In this document: positions 20,472 through 31,089 of the stretch, in pieces
Layout: every line of letters starts with the position of its first letter
Numbering within the stretch: position 1 is the first letter of the stretch
Source of the DNA: Bacteroidales bacterium
GTDB lineage: Bacteria > Bacteroidota > Bacteroidia > Bacteroidales > Dysgonomonadaceae
Assembly (NCBI GenBank): GCA_012798745.1
Contig: JAAZMQ010000090.1
Location: 1 to 48,208, forward strand
Direction of reading: 5' to 3'
DNA length: 48,208 nucleotides
Program-made: the position numbers and the translations under genes
The notes under the pieces: generated by a model
What the model was told of the DNA's origin: nothing
The model's input: the letters and a program-made list of their open reading frames with translations, nothing else
Database searches by the model: none

Positions 20472-21566
20472 TTATTTTATTCGAACGCCATTTTGAAATT
20501 GAACGATAAAGGCATCTTTAAATTTTAGCTGTACTTCATTTAATATTGTTATGATCTCTTTTAGGTCGGTAGCACTACCGTAAGTATATTTATATACTGA
20601 TCCGTCTTTGTAACAACTCACAGGTGATAATCCCTTGAAAACAGGCGAATCTGTTTCATATTTTCGTGAAGAAGTCAGAAATTGAACCCGATATTCGATT
20701 TCGTTTTCCGATGAGATGGTATTTTGCGGTTGTTTGGAAGATTCGTTCGAAAAAATCCGGTTTTTTTTATCGTAATCTCGTTTGTATTCATTAAATGCCA
20801 AATAAATTGAATTTGCCATAGAGTTTTGTCCGGTGGTGCTTTTAAGGTATTTTTCATCATTTGGGTTGCTGATATATCCTAATTCGATAAGAATGCTTGG
20901 CATGGCTACTTCGCGGAGCACAAGAAAACCCGCTTGACGAACATTCCGATTTATTCTGCCGGAATTGTGCACCAAGCTATGTTGTACCAGTGAAGCCAGA
21001 TGCAGGCTCTGTTTGAGGTATTGATCGGACATAAATTCAAAAATAATATACGATTCGGGTTCTTGGGGATTAAAACCTTCGTACTTTTCTGAATAGTCTT
21101 CTTCGAGAAGAATCACGGAGTTTTCCTTTTTAGCCACTTCCAGGTTGTCTTTGCTCCTATGGAGTCCCAAAATAAAGGTTTCCACGCCCTGAGGCGAGTT
21201 TTGGCGTTTGGGTAGTGCATTGCAATGAATAGAGATGAAAAGATCGGCTTTGGCATTGTTTGCAACGGATGCTCTGTGGTCCAGTGCCACAAAACTGTCG
21301 TCTTTTCGGGTATAAATCACTTTTACATCGTTGTGATTTTTTTCTATCAATGAGCCTACTTTTCGTGCTACTGACAATGTGATATCTTTTTCGCGCGATG
21401 AAGAGCCCAGTGCGCCCGGATCTTTTCCTCCGTGACCCGCATCAATTACCACCGTAAAATCCTTTGTCTGAGCTGTAACAGGGAATGCGGAAAAAAGCAA
21501 TCCTCCAAAAATAAATAAAAAGAATACCTTTATATATCGAGACATGCCTTTTCTTTTTACAAACAT
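20472..21566 (-). CDS. amiA: N-acetylmuramoyl-L-alanine amidase (Amidase_3)
   Basis: IDAGHGGKDPGA, EKDI.L, ISIHCN and PSILIELGY; signal peptide. The start may instead be ATG 21545. Confidence 0.93.
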   Translation of the reverse strand: MFVKRKGMSRYIKVFFLFIFGGLLFSAFPVTAQTKDFTVVIDAGHGGKDPGALGSSSREKDITLSVARKVGSLIEKNHNDVKVIYTRKDDSFVALDHRASVANNAKADLFISIHCNALPKRQNSPQGVETFILGLHRSKDNLEVAKKENSVILLEEDYSEKYEGFNPQEPESYIIFEFMSDQYLKQSLHLASLVQHSLVHNSGRINRNVRQAGFLVLREVAMPSILIELGYISNPNDEKYLKSTTGQNSMANSIYLAFNEYKRDYDKKNRIFSNESSKQPQNTISSENEIEYRVQFLTSSRKYETDSPVFKGLSPVSCYKDGSVYKYTYGSATDLKEIITILNEVQLKFKDAFIVQFQNGVRIK

Positions 21567-21693
21567 AACGATAAAAATCGGATTAAATATCTTTCAAATT
21601 GTTAGTTTATTGACAAACTAGCGGGTATAAAGGTTTAATGACTTTTTTCGTTTCGAAATTTTGCAGTACCTTTGGAAAAATAATTAAACACTT

Positions 21694-22347
21694 ATGAATC
21701 ATCATTTAATAGCACCTTCTATTCTTTCTGCCAATTTTCTGGATTTGCGCAGAGATATAGAAATGTTGAACCGCAGCGAAGCCGATTGGATTCATCTGGA
21801 TATTATGGATGGTGTTTTTGTCCCCAACATTTCTTTCGGTTTCCCTGTGATAAATTCATTGAAACAGGTGACCGACAAACCTTTGGATGTTCATTTAATG
21901 ATTGTTCAGCCCGAAAAATTTGTTTCTGAAGTGGCCGCAGCCGGCGCTTATATGATGAATGTGCATTATGAGGCGTGCATTCATTTGCACAGGGTGGTTG
22001 AAGAAATCAAAAAAGCGGGAATGAAAGCCGGAGTAACATTGAATCCGCATACACCAATCTCTTTGCTTGAAGATATTTTGCATGAGTTGGATATGGTTTT
22101 GTTGATGTCGGTAAATCCCGGATTCGGAGGTCAGAAATTTATTGAACATTCGGTGCAAAAGGTGTCGGATTTAAAAGAAATGATTCTTCGAAAAAATCTT
22201 TCTACTCTTATAGAGGTGGACGGTGGTGTTAATTTCGAAACAGGCAAACGGTTGGTTGATGCGGGTGCCGATGTACTTGTAGCCGGTAATTTTATTTTTT
22301 CTTCCGAAAATCCCATTGAAATTATTTGCCAATTGAAAAATTTGTGA
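21694..22347 (+). CDS. rpe: Ribulose-phosphate 3-epimerase
   Basis: APSILSA, HLDIMDG.FVPN, DVHLM, MSVNPGFGGQ and EVDGGV. A -7 element TACCTTTG lies at 21667-21674. Confidence 0.98.
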   Translation: MNHHLIAPSILSANFLDLRRDIEMLNRSEADWIHLDIMDGVFVPNISFGFPVINSLKQVTDKPLDVHLMIVQPEKFVSEVAAAGAYMMNVHYEACIHLHRVVEEIKKAGMKAGVTLNPHTPISLLEDILHELDMVLLMSVNPGFGGQKFIEHSVQKVSDLKEMILRKNLSTLIEVDGGVNFETGKRLVDAGADVLVAGNFIFSSENPIEIICQLKNL

Positions 22348-22398
22348 AGAACATTTTTGTGTTTTTACGATTAAAGATTTTTGTGTGTTAAGTATGCG

Positions 22399-24360
22399 AT
22401 GAAAAACATAACGGGGAAAACACCTTTTTTTCGTTTGCTTATTCCTGTGGCATTGGGAATTATTGCAAATGAATTTATTCCTGTACTTCCTTCGGCAGTC
22501 GTTTTCGCTTCTGCGGGATTCATTCTCATGTTGCTATCCTTTTTCATTCCTCAAAATAAGGAATTCCATTATCGATGGGTTTTTGGAGCAGGAGCATGCG
22601 CATTTATTTTTTCTCTTATTACTTTTCAGTATAAACATAAAACCGACGATAGTTCATTAGACCCATCCACCCAATATATTACTTACAAGGGGATTGTTCG
22701 TGATATTCCGCAGCAAAAATCTCGTTCCGTTCAGGTTAATGCAAAATTAATGTACCCTGTGCAGAAAAAAGTAATTCTTTATTTAGAAAAAGATGCAAAG
22801 AGCGGAGTTCTTCGACCGGGCGATGAGATTGTATTTCGTGCCAACATGCAACCTTTCAAAAATTTGGGCAATCCCGACGATTTCGATTATGTTCGGTTTA
22901 TGAAAATAAAGGGTTTTGCCGGATCTGCGTATGTTCCGTCTCACCAATGGGGAAAAACAGGAAAAAGCATTCAATCGGTTTACACCTTATCGCAAAATTT
23001 ACGAGCCAAAGCGCTCAATTTTTATAAATCTTTCGGATTGAACCCCGATGAGTATGCTTTTATTACAGCACTTACCCTGGGATACAAATCTAATCTTTCC
23101 AACGATTTGCAGGAAGCTTTTCGTGCGTCGGGAACAGCACATGTGTTGGCTGTGAGTGGATTGCATGTTGGGATTATTTATCTTATTCTTAATGTACTCT
23201 TTTCTTTTTCGGGCGGTTCGGGAAAAAATGTTATTTCGAAACAGCTGCTGATCATTCTTTTTCTTTGGGGATATGCTTTTCTTACAGGATTATCGGTTTC
23301 GGTTGTTCGTGCGGCAATTATGCTTTCGATTTTTTGTTTGGGTAGAGCTTTTCACCGGCAAGGATTTTCTTATAACAGCCTTGCAGCCGCAGCGTTTTTT
23401 ATTCTTGTTTTTAATCCGTTGAGTTTTTTCGAAGCAGGTTTTCAAATGAGTTTTTTGTCGGTCTTCGCCATTTTGTTTTTCAAACCCAAACTCGATACCT
23501 TGTATGTCCCTTCTCGGCAATTTTTCCTGAAAATCCGTGATCTTTTTACCCTTTCCTTATCGGCACAATTAGGGGTGTTTCCTCTTGTTTTGTACTATTT
23601 CGGAACGTTTCCCACGTATTTTTTTGTTACAAATTTATTGATTGTGCCCCTTATTAGTGTGGTAATTTATGCTGTTTTGCCGGCTGTTCTTTTTTTCGGA
23701 CTGAGTCAATTGGGTTTTGTTGTTTTTCATTCGTTGTTTCAAGTGGTCAGTTGGGTACTCGGTAAGTTGATTGCCTTGGTTATTCATATTGTTTATGTGT
23801 GTGAAGCGTTGCCCTATGCCCGGATCACGAATCATTATCTTTCTTTGGCACAGGTAATGCTCCTTTTGATTGTCTTGTTTGTTTTCGGCAAATACATGGT
23901 GAAGAAACGGATTGAGTATCTTTTTGTCGTATTGGGGTCAGTTCTTGTTTTTTTGTTTATAAGTACCTATACTATCGTTAATGAGCCTACCGATAGATTT
24001 GTTGTTTATAACCGACCGGGAGTGAGTGAAATGGAGGTCATTGTAAATAGTAAATCCACACCTGTAATGAGAAAAGGGAATAGCGTGCTGCCTTATTCTT
24101 CGAAAAGGATTGTAAGACTGTCGGAAAATATATATCGATTAAAAATTTCCGAGAAAACGTTTCCGATCGATTTTTTGATTCTATCGGAAGATGATTCTTT
24201 CTCCATGAATACATTGAAAGCTCATTTTTTACCCGAAATGGTTATTCTCGATAGTTCGCTTTCAACATACGCTGTGAAACGCCTAACAAAAGAGTGTCGG
24301 CAATTGCATATAAAAGTGCATGATGTATCGCAAATGGGGGCATTTTCCATAAATTTGTAG
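22399..24360 (+). CDS. comEC: ComEC/Rec2 competence-family membrane protein
   Basis: DUF4131-like N-terminus, NP..FDY, G.AHVLAVSGLHVG, S..RA.IM and GFQMSF; many TM segments. Start moved to ATG 22399. Confidence 0.9.
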   Translation: MKNITGKTPFFRLLIPVALGIIANEFIPVLPSAVVFASAGFILMLLSFFIPQNKEFHYRWVFGAGACAFIFSLITFQYKHKTDDSSLDPSTQYITYKGIVRDIPQQKSRSVQVNAKLMYPVQKKVILYLEKDAKSGVLRPGDEIVFRANMQPFKNLGNPDDFDYVRFMKIKGFAGSAYVPSHQWGKTGKSIQSVYTLSQNLRAKALNFYKSFGLNPDEYAFITALTLGYKSNLSNDLQEAFRASGTAHVLAVSGLHVGIIYLILNVLFSFSGGSGKNVISKQLLIILFLWGYAFLTGLSVSVVRAAIMLSIFCLGRAFHRQGFSYNSLAAAAFFILVFNPLSFFEAGFQMSFLSVFAILFFKPKLDTLYVPSRQFFLKIRDLFTLSLSAQLGVFPLVLYYFGTFPTYFFVTNLLIVPLISVVIYAVLPAVLFFGLSQLGFVVFHSLFQVVSWVLGKLIALVIHIVYVCEALPYARITNHYLSLAQVMLLLIVLFVFGKYMVKKRIEYLFVVLGSVLVFLFISTYTIVNEPTDRFVVYNRPGVSEMEVIVNSKSTPVMRKGNSVLPYSSKRIVRLSENIYRLKISEKTFPIDFLILSEDDSFSMNTLKAHFLPEMVILDSSLSTYAVKRLTKECRQLHIKVHDVSQMGAFSINL

Positions 24361-24408
24361 TATATTTGCAGCTAAACCCGATGGAAATTGGATAGTTTAA
24401 TAGATTGA

Positions 24409-25455
24409 ATGAGAGTAACCACAATTACAGAAATTATCTCGAAAGAACACGTTGAAACAGTTCGTTCTTATATCGAAAAATACAATAAAATAGTTATCAC
24501 TACACACCTTTCTCCCGATGGAGATGCCTTAGGTTCCTCTTTGGCTTTGTATCATTATCTCCTTCGTAAAGGAAAGGATGTGAAACTCATTGTCCCCAAT
24601 TCATTTCCTTATTTCTTGAAGTGGATGAAGGGGGTAGAGCATATTTTGGTTTATGAATATTATCCCGAAAGGGGGGGACATATCATTGAGCATGCTGAGT
24701 TGATTTTTTGTCTCGATTTCAATGTTCCTAAACGGGTTGGCGATATGGCTCCTTTTGTAATGAGTTCAGCTGCTAAAAAGGTTTTGATAGATCATCATCC
24801 CAATCCTGAAAATTCTTGCGATGTAGTGATTTCTCATCCCGAGATTTCATCCACCAGTGAGTTGATTTTTCGTTTACTGTATCAATTGGGCGAATACGAA
24901 CGAATCGACAAAGATATTGCCGAATGTATTTATTGTGGCATGATGACCGATACCGGCGGATTTACTTACAATTCCAATGATCCTGAAATATTCGAAATCA
25001 TCAGTTTTTTGTTAAGAAAGAATATCGACAAAGATGCCATTTATTCAAATGTTTATCACAATTATACCGAACAACGTTTTCGTCTATTGGGATTTACTTT
25101 GTTAAAGCGGATGAAAATCTATAATGATATTCATTCGGCTCTGATTTATCTTTCAAAAGAAGATTTGCAAAAATACAAGTCCGGGAAAGGCGATACCGAA
25201 GGTTTTGTGAATTATCCGCTGAGTATACGAGGCGTTGTCTTTTCTACTTTTATTTACGAAGACGATAATTACGTTAAATTGTCTTTTCGTTCGCGGGGGA
25301 ATTTTGCTTGCAATGAATTTGCTGCTGAATTTTTCCAGGGGGGAGGCCATTTGAATGCAGCGGGAGGCGAATTTTATGGTACCATACAAGATGCTATTGC
25401 TTTATTTGAAGTGGCCCTAAAAAAATATGAATCGAAATTGAGAAATGCGTCGTAG
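24409..25455 (+). CDS. nrnA: DHH/DHHA1 phosphoesterase (NrnA-like oligoribonuclease/PAP phosphatase)
   Basis: H.SPDGDA.GS, LD, IDHH, TDTG.F, SFRS and GGGH.NAAG. A -7 element TATATTTG lies at 24361-24368. Confidence 0.9.
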   Translation: MRVTTITEIISKEHVETVRSYIEKYNKIVITTHLSPDGDALGSSLALYHYLLRKGKDVKLIVPNSFPYFLKWMKGVEHILVYEYYPERGGHIIEHAELIFCLDFNVPKRVGDMAPFVMSSAAKKVLIDHHPNPENSCDVVISHPEISSTSELIFRLLYQLGEYERIDKDIAECIYCGMMTDTGGFTYNSNDPEIFEIISFLLRKNIDKDAIYSNVYHNYTEQRFRLLGFTLLKRMKIYNDIHSALIYLSKEDLQKYKSGKGDTEGFVNYPLSIRGVVFSTFIYEDDNYVKLSFRSRGNFACNEFAAEFFQGGGHLNAAGGEFYGTIQDAIALFEVALKKYESKLRNAS

Positions 25456-25582
25456 CTGAATGCATGGGAAAAATGTTTTCAGGTTGGAAGAATCGTTTAT
25501 TTTTCATAAATAACTACTTTTTTGAAGTTGAATTATTTATTTTTGTATTGTATTCAAATTATATCATTAAGAATAAGCAAGA

Positions 25583-26131
25583 ATGAGAAAAATAAATTTT
25601 ATAATAGTCATCCTTATCGCTTTTTTGTTCATAGGGAATTCCTGTGATAGTCAGAAAACATATGCGGAATATTTAAAAGATGAATCCAATGCCATTAAGC
25701 AATTCATCGCTGAAAACGGGATAATCGTTCTTGATGAATATCCCGCCGATCATGTATTTGAACCGAATGAATTTTACCGAGATCCGGCTACCGGCGTATA
25801 TTATAATGTGATTGATTCGGGCGGATACAAAGCTGCTTTAGGCGCGGAGGTCTACATCCGTTTTAAGGGGCTGAGTTACTTTATGGATGGCGATACCACA
25901 AAATACGAAAATACTTATAGTCCGGAACCTGAAACCTTGGTCTACGGTAACCCATCTACTTATTCTTGTTATGCTTGGGTAGTGCCGTTGGTTCATGTGG
26001 GGCATTTGGGCAGAGTAAAAATGATTGTGCCGTTTAATCAAGGGCTTGCAATTGATCGATCGTATTTCCGTACAGCTTTTTATGAAAACTTGCAATATCG
26101 TATAGAGGAACTTGATTATCCAATAAATTAA
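25583..26131 (+). CDS. Lipoprotein, DUF4827-like (FKBP-like fold)
   Basis: Lipobox GNSC followed by KTYAEYLKDE..AI..FI; TGVYY.VID.G; W..PL..VG...RVKMIVP. Its position between a DHH gene and glmM is typical for Bacteroidales. Confidence 0.7.
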   Translation: MRKINFIIVILIAFLFIGNSCDSQKTYAEYLKDESNAIKQFIAENGIIVLDEYPADHVFEPNEFYRDPATGVYYNVIDSGGYKAALGAEVYIRFKGLSYFMDGDTTKYENTYSPEPETLVYGNPSTYSCYAWVVPLVHVGHLGRVKMIVPFNQGLAIDRSYFRTAFYENLQYRIEELDYPIN

Positions 26132-26147
26132 AATCAATAAAATAGAT

Positions 26148-27530
26148 ATGACACTTATCAAATCCATTTCCGGAATCCGTGGAACGATTGGTGGGAAAGC
26201 CGGTGACAACCTGACACCGCTTGATGTTGTAAAATTTACGGCTGCATATGCTGCATTTATCGAAAAATATCGACAAGAGAAAGAGAAAAAAATTGTTGTG
26301 GGGCGCGATGCACGTCCTTCAGGGGAGATGATTCACCGACTTGTTGTGGGAGCACTTAACGGTATGGGATTTGATGTAGTGGATATTGGCATGGCTACAA
26401 CTCCGACTACCGAAATAGCCGTAGTTGAAGAAAACGCTGCCGGAGGAATTATTATTACTGCAAGTCATAATCCCAAGCATTGGAACGCGTTGAAATTACT
26501 GAATTCCGATGGCGAATTTCTGAATGCGGAAGAAGGACAACAAATTTTAAATATTGCAGAAGCTGAAGATTTTATTTTTTCTCCCGTTGATGAGTTAGGA
26601 AAAACGATAAGCAAATCATATCTTCAAAAGCATATTCAACATATATTGTCGCTCGATTTAGTAGATGTCGACGCCATCAAGAAAGCCAATTTGAAGGTAG
26701 CCGTGGATGCCGTAAATTCCGTAGGTGGAATTGCTGTTCCCGAATTGCTTTATGCGTTGGGAATAAAAGAGGTATTCAAATTACATTGTTCACCTCATGG
26801 CAATTTTTCACACAATCCGGAGCCACTTCCCCAACATTTGACCGAATTGGCCACGCTGATGAAAAGTTCGCATGCCGATGTGGGTTTCGCTGTTGATCCT
26901 GATGTGGACAGGCTGGTTATTTATTGCGAAAACGGAGAACCGTTTGGCGAAGAGTATACATTGGTTGCTGTTGCCGATTACGTATTGCAGCATAAGCCGG
27001 GAAATACGGTATCGAATTTGAGTTCGACCCGGGCTTTGCGCGATATTACAGAAGCACGAGGCGGAAAATATTATGCCGCGGCTGTGGGCGAAGTTAACGT
27101 TGTGGCCAAAATGAAAGAAGTAAATGCAGTGATTGGTGGCGAAGGGAACGGTGGGGTTATATACCCTGCTTCTCATTACGGACGCGATGCGTTGGTTGGC
27201 ATTGCATTGTTTCTTACTTACCTGGCAAAATCAGGTAAAAAAGTTTCGGAATTGCGCGCTTCTTATCCTACCTATTATATTGTAAAACAAAAAGTAGAAT
27301 TGACGCCCGACATGGATGTAGACGCTATTTTGGAAGCTGTTAAGGAGAAATTTAAAGATCAAGAAATTACCGATATCGACGGTGTTAAAATAGATTTTCC
27401 CGATAAATGGGTACATTTAAGAAAATCGAATACTGAACCCATCATTCGGATTTATTCTGAGGCTCAATCGGTTGAAGAAGCCGAAAATATCGCGAAACAG
27501 ATTATGGAAATGATAAAAGAATTTAAGTGA
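26148..27530 (+). CDS. glmM: Phosphoglucosamine mutase
   Basis: MTLIKSISGIRG, TASHNP (phospho-Ser), DPDVDR, GEGNGG and RKSNTEP. Confidence 0.93.
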   Translation: MTLIKSISGIRGTIGGKAGDNLTPLDVVKFTAAYAAFIEKYRQEKEKKIVVGRDARPSGEMIHRLVVGALNGMGFDVVDIGMATTPTTEIAVVEENAAGGIIITASHNPKHWNALKLLNSDGEFLNAEEGQQILNIAEAEDFIFSPVDELGKTISKSYLQKHIQHILSLDLVDVDAIKKANLKVAVDAVNSVGGIAVPELLYALGIKEVFKLHCSPHGNFSHNPEPLPQHLTELATLMKSSHADVGFAVDPDVDRLVIYCENGEPFGEEYTLVAVADYVLQHKPGNTVSNLSSTRALRDITEARGGKYYAAAVGEVNVVAKMKEVNAVIGGEGNGGVIYPASHYGRDALVGIALFLTYLAKSGKKVSELRASYPTYYIVKQKVELTPDMDVDAILEAVKEKFKDQEITDIDGVKIDFPDKWVHLRKSNTEPIIRIYSEAQSVEEAENIAKQIMEMIKEFK

Positions 27531-27621
27531 TTACCTTTGATTTTTTATAGATTGTTTGTGTTGCTTAGTAAAATATACAGGCAACATGAAGATGAAGATA
27601 TGAGGATAACAGTGTTGCGTA

Positions 27622-28452
27622 ATGAAAGATAAATTGATCAGTTATGATGAGATAAAAAAAATTCATCCTATTTTCAGAGGAAAATATGGGAATAATCTTT
27701 TCAAATTGATGATGAAAATATCGGGATTGAATCATGTAAACGAAATCTACGATAAGTCGAAACACCTCACGGGGCCTGCATTTTGCAAAGATGTTTTGGA
27801 TAAACTTGAAATACAACGCATCTTACGGAATGAGGAAGTGTTGGATAAATATAAAGAGAAACCATTTATTACTGTATCTAATCATGCCTATGGCCATATT
27901 GACGGCATTGCAGCTATTGAAGTGGTGGGGAGCCGTGTGAAAGATTATAAAATGATGGTGAATTTTGTTTTAGGAATGATTGATACCATGTCTGAAAATT
28001 TTATTGTTGTTAATCCCTTTAAATCAGATAAAAAACGCGATGTTACTCTTAACGGCATAAAAGAATGTATTGATCATATTCGTCAAGGACATCCTTTGGG
28101 GTTTTTCCCGGCCGGTGCTATTTCCGATTTTACGAGGAAAGGTTTTAAAATAACGATTGCCGATAGGAAATGGCAGCCTTCGGTCGTTAAATTGATAAAA
28201 AAAGCGAAAGTTCCGGTGATCCCTATTCATTTTTCAGGAGGAAATTCTCCACGTTTTTATGCTTTACGTCTTTTGGGCTGGCAAGTACGTACTTTGGGTT
28301 TATGCCATGAATTAAAGAATAAAAAAGGGAAAAAATTGGTTATTACTTTTGGAGACCCTATCATGCCCGAAGAAATGGCGAAATATCGGGATATTGAAAA
28401 ACTTGGAGAATTTTTAAAATCGAAGACGTATGCTTTAGGGGATGTCAAATAA
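27622..28452 (+). CDS. Lysophospholipid/glycerol-phosphate acyltransferase family protein
   Basis: NHAYGHIDG (HxxxxxD-type block I), FFPAG and VPVIPIHF.G.NS. Confidence 0.8.
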   Translation: MKDKLISYDEIKKIHPIFRGKYGNNLFKLMMKISGLNHVNEIYDKSKHLTGPAFCKDVLDKLEIQRILRNEEVLDKYKEKPFITVSNHAYGHIDGIAAIEVVGSRVKDYKMMVNFVLGMIDTMSENFIVVNPFKSDKKRDVTLNGIKECIDHIRQGHPLGFFPAGAISDFTRKGFKITIADRKWQPSVVKLIKKAKVPVIPIHFSGGNSPRFYALRLLGWQVRTLGLCHELKNKKGKKLVITFGDPIMPEEMAKYRDIEKLGEFLKSKTYALGDVK

Positions 28453-28516
28453 ATTTATTATTTTTGATATTCCATCCTGTTATTGACTTTATTTTTGCAG
28501 TTTGGAGATTCATTTT

Positions 28517-29797
28517 ATGGCAAAACAAAATATTCAACAAGTAAAACAACGATTTGGCATCATAGGCACTTCCCCGGAATTGGATCGTGCCATTGATGTA
28601 GCACTCCAGGTAGCCCCGACAGATTTATCTGTCCTTATTACAGGTGAAAGTGGAGTAGGTAAAGAAATTTTTCCTCAAATAATTCATCAATATAGTGGAA
28701 GAAAACATGGTCCTTATTTTGCAGTAAACTGTGGTTCTATTCCCGAAGGAACAATTGATTCGGAGCTTTTTGGTCATGAAAAAGGCTCTTTCACAGGCGC
28801 AACAGCAACCCGAAAGGGTTATTTTGAAGTGGCTGACGGGGGAACTCTCTTCCTCGACGAAGTGGCCGAATTGCCTCTTCCCACGCAAGCAAGATTGCTC
28901 AGGGTACTCGAAACAGGAGAATTTATCAAGGTGGGTTCATCCAAAGTGGAAAAAAGCGATGTGCGTGTGGTCGCTGCCACCAATATGAATATGGTGCAAG
29001 CCGTTGAAAGTGGAAGATTTAGGGAAGATTTGTATTATCGATTGAATTCGGTGCCTATCCGCATACCTCCTCTTCGTCAACGGAAAGAAGACATTCCATT
29101 GCTGTTTCATAAATTTGCTACCGATTTTGCAGAAAAATACATGATACCGCCTATTAGTTTAACTAACGCTGCAAAAGAAATGCTTAAAGATTATCGGTGG
29201 CCCGGTAATATACGTCAATTGAAAAATATTACGGAGCAAATTTCCATTATTGAACAGGAAAGAATAATTACACCCGAAATTTTGAAACGCTACTTGCCCG
29301 ACGAAGAAGTGGGTATGGTGCCTGTTCGCTTGTTCGATGTAAAAGAAAGCGGACAAAGAACGTTTGCAAATGAACGTGAAATTTTGTATCAAGTCTTGTT
29401 CGACATGAAAAAGGACATTATGGATTTGAAACAAATTGTTGCCACTATTTTGTCTGCTTCCGGGGACAAAATAAAATCTGCTTTTGCGACGGAGAGCACG
29501 TCGGCTAATCCCCCTTTAGTTTCTCAGGACCCTGCTTCGTTAAATTTTCCCTTTAAATATGACAACATTGTTCCCGAGGCTTCTTCCATCGAAAATGATC
29601 CGAAGCACGAAGAAGAGATTCAGGAAGCTACCGAGTATGAGGAGCGAGCACTTTCATTGGAGGATGTAGAAAAAGATATGATTGTGAAAGCATTGGAGCG
29701 TCATAATGGCAAACGAAAACCGGCCGCTAATGATTTGAAAATATCCGAAAGAACATTATATAGGAAGATTAAAGAGTATAAGTTAGAAAATTTATGA
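28517..29797 (+). CDS. Sigma-54-interacting AAA+ protein with C-terminal Fis-type HTH and no sensory domain
   Basis: GESGVGKE, ELFGHEKGSFTGA, FLDEV, FREDLYYRL, WPGNIRQL and ISERTLYRK. Start moved to ATG 28517. Confidence 0.92.
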   Translation: MAKQNIQQVKQRFGIIGTSPELDRAIDVALQVAPTDLSVLITGESGVGKEIFPQIIHQYSGRKHGPYFAVNCGSIPEGTIDSELFGHEKGSFTGATATRKGYFEVADGGTLFLDEVAELPLPTQARLLRVLETGEFIKVGSSKVEKSDVRVVAATNMNMVQAVESGRFREDLYYRLNSVPIRIPPLRQRKEDIPLLFHKFATDFAEKYMIPPISLTNAAKEMLKDYRWPGNIRQLKNITEQISIIEQERIITPEILKRYLPDEEVGMVPVRLFDVKESGQRTFANEREILYQVLFDMKKDIMDLKQIVATILSASGDKIKSAFATESTSANPPLVSQDPASLNFPFKYDNIVPEASSIENDPKHEEEIQEATEYEERALSLEDVEKDMIVKALERHNGKRKPAANDLKISERTLYRKIKEYKLENL

Positions 29798-30303
29798 AAC
29801 CCGTCCTTTTTTTCGCTTTTGCAGGGATTTGTATTTTGCTGGATTCATGTTCTGTTTCCTATCGATTCGATGGAGCATCCGTCGATTATAATACAACCAA
29901 AACATTGTATTTGGCTAATTTCCCTAATCAAGCACAGTTGATATATCCTCCTCTTGAACAACGTTTTAATGAGGAGTTGAAAGATATCTTTATTCGCAAT
30001 ACCCGGCTTCAGCTCGTAAATCAAAATGGCGATTTGGAGATTGAAGGTGAAATTGTTGGATATGATCTTACTCCAATGGCTGTACAAGAAGATGCATTTG
30101 CTTCGGAAACCCGTTTGACAATGACGGTGAGAATGCGTTATCGCAATAATAAAGTGGAAGGTCAAGATAAAGAAGAAACCATATCGGCTTACCGGAACTT
30201 CCCCAGCGATAAGGTGTTAACTGATATTCAAGATCAATTAATTGATGAACTTTGTAAAGATATTATTGATCAGATATTCAATTCCACAATGTCTAATTGG
30301 TAA
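29794..30303 (+). CDS. lptE: LptE-family lipoprotein
   Basis: Lipobox LDSC; SY.F.GAS.DY, F.N.A, EGEI.GY, RLT.TV and IFN.T..NW; Bacteroidetes synteny. Confidence 0.8.
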   Translation: MKPVLFFAFAGICILLDSCSVSYRFDGASVDYNTTKTLYLANFPNQAQLIYPPLEQRFNEELKDIFIRNTRLQLVNQNGDLEIEGEIVGYDLTPMAVQEDAFASETRLTMTVRMRYRNNKVEGQDKEETISAYRNFPSDKVLTDIQDQLIDELCKDIIDQIFNSTMSNW

Positions 30304-30317
30304 GTTGTATTTTTCTG

Positions 30318-31088
30318 ATGATCAGTGCCGAATTATATAGTTGGGTTGAAAATCCTCAGATTTTAGATGATGTTACGCTCGTGAAATTGGAGGAGACTTT
30401 AAATGAGTATCCTTATTTTCAAACCGCTCGCTTACTTTATCAAAAGAATCTGCATATTTTACAACATCCGCATTTTTCGGACGAACTACCTAAAACCGCC
30501 CTTTTTTGTGCTGACAGAAGGGGATTATTTTATTTGATAAATAAACAAGATTACGTTATGTTCTTAGAAGAAGCTGACTCGGATGGGCTAGCTCAAGAAG
30601 ATCGTACTCAAACATTGATTGATTCCTTTTTTGATCGTGTTGGAGAAGAAGAGAAATCAGACGAAGCTGTTTGTCCAAATTTGGGGATGGAAATGATTTC
30701 ATATGATTATTTATCATATCTGGAGTCGATTGAACCCAACAATACGGAAAGCGAAAACGAATCGGATAATAATTTGTTGAAACACCACGATATTATTGAT
30801 CGATTTATTGAAAAAGCGGATTCGAATGCATCATTTTCTCTAAGCGAAGACGATGCGTCTGTCAATAGAGATCAAAAGGATTATATCTCGGACAATGAAA
30901 TTGAAGAAGATACATTCTTAACCGAAACACTGGCAAAAATTTATATTAAACAAAAAAAATATGAACAAGCACTTACAATTATTAAGCGTTTAAGTTTGAA
31001 TTTTCCGAAAAAAAGTGCTTACTTTGCCGACCAAATTCAATTTTTGGAGCATTTGATTATTAACGAGAAAAATAAAAAACAATCTTGA
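30318..31088 (+). CDS. Conserved TPR-containing protein
   Basis: YPYFQTARLL at the N-terminus and TETLAKIYIKQKKYEQA...L.FP.KS.YFADQI at the C-terminus. Start moved to ATG 30318. Confidence 0.8.
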   Translation: MISAELYSWVENPQILDDVTLVKLEETLNEYPYFQTARLLYQKNLHILQHPHFSDELPKTALFCADRRGLFYLINKQDYVMFLEEADSDGLAQEDRTQTLIDSFFDRVGEEEKSDEAVCPNLGMEMISYDYLSYLESIEPNNTESENESDNNLLKHHDIIDRFIEKADSNASFSLSEDDASVNRDQKDYISDNEIEEDTFLTETLAKIYIKQKKYEQALTIIKRLSLNFPKKSAYFADQIQFLEHLIINEKNKKQS

Positions 31089-31089
31089 T

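Noticed and set aside
23980-24360. ComEC lacking an intact metallo-beta-lactamase domain (possible pseudogene)
   Set aside because: The ORF is uninterrupted, and ComEC proteins with a degenerate or absent MBL domain are common.
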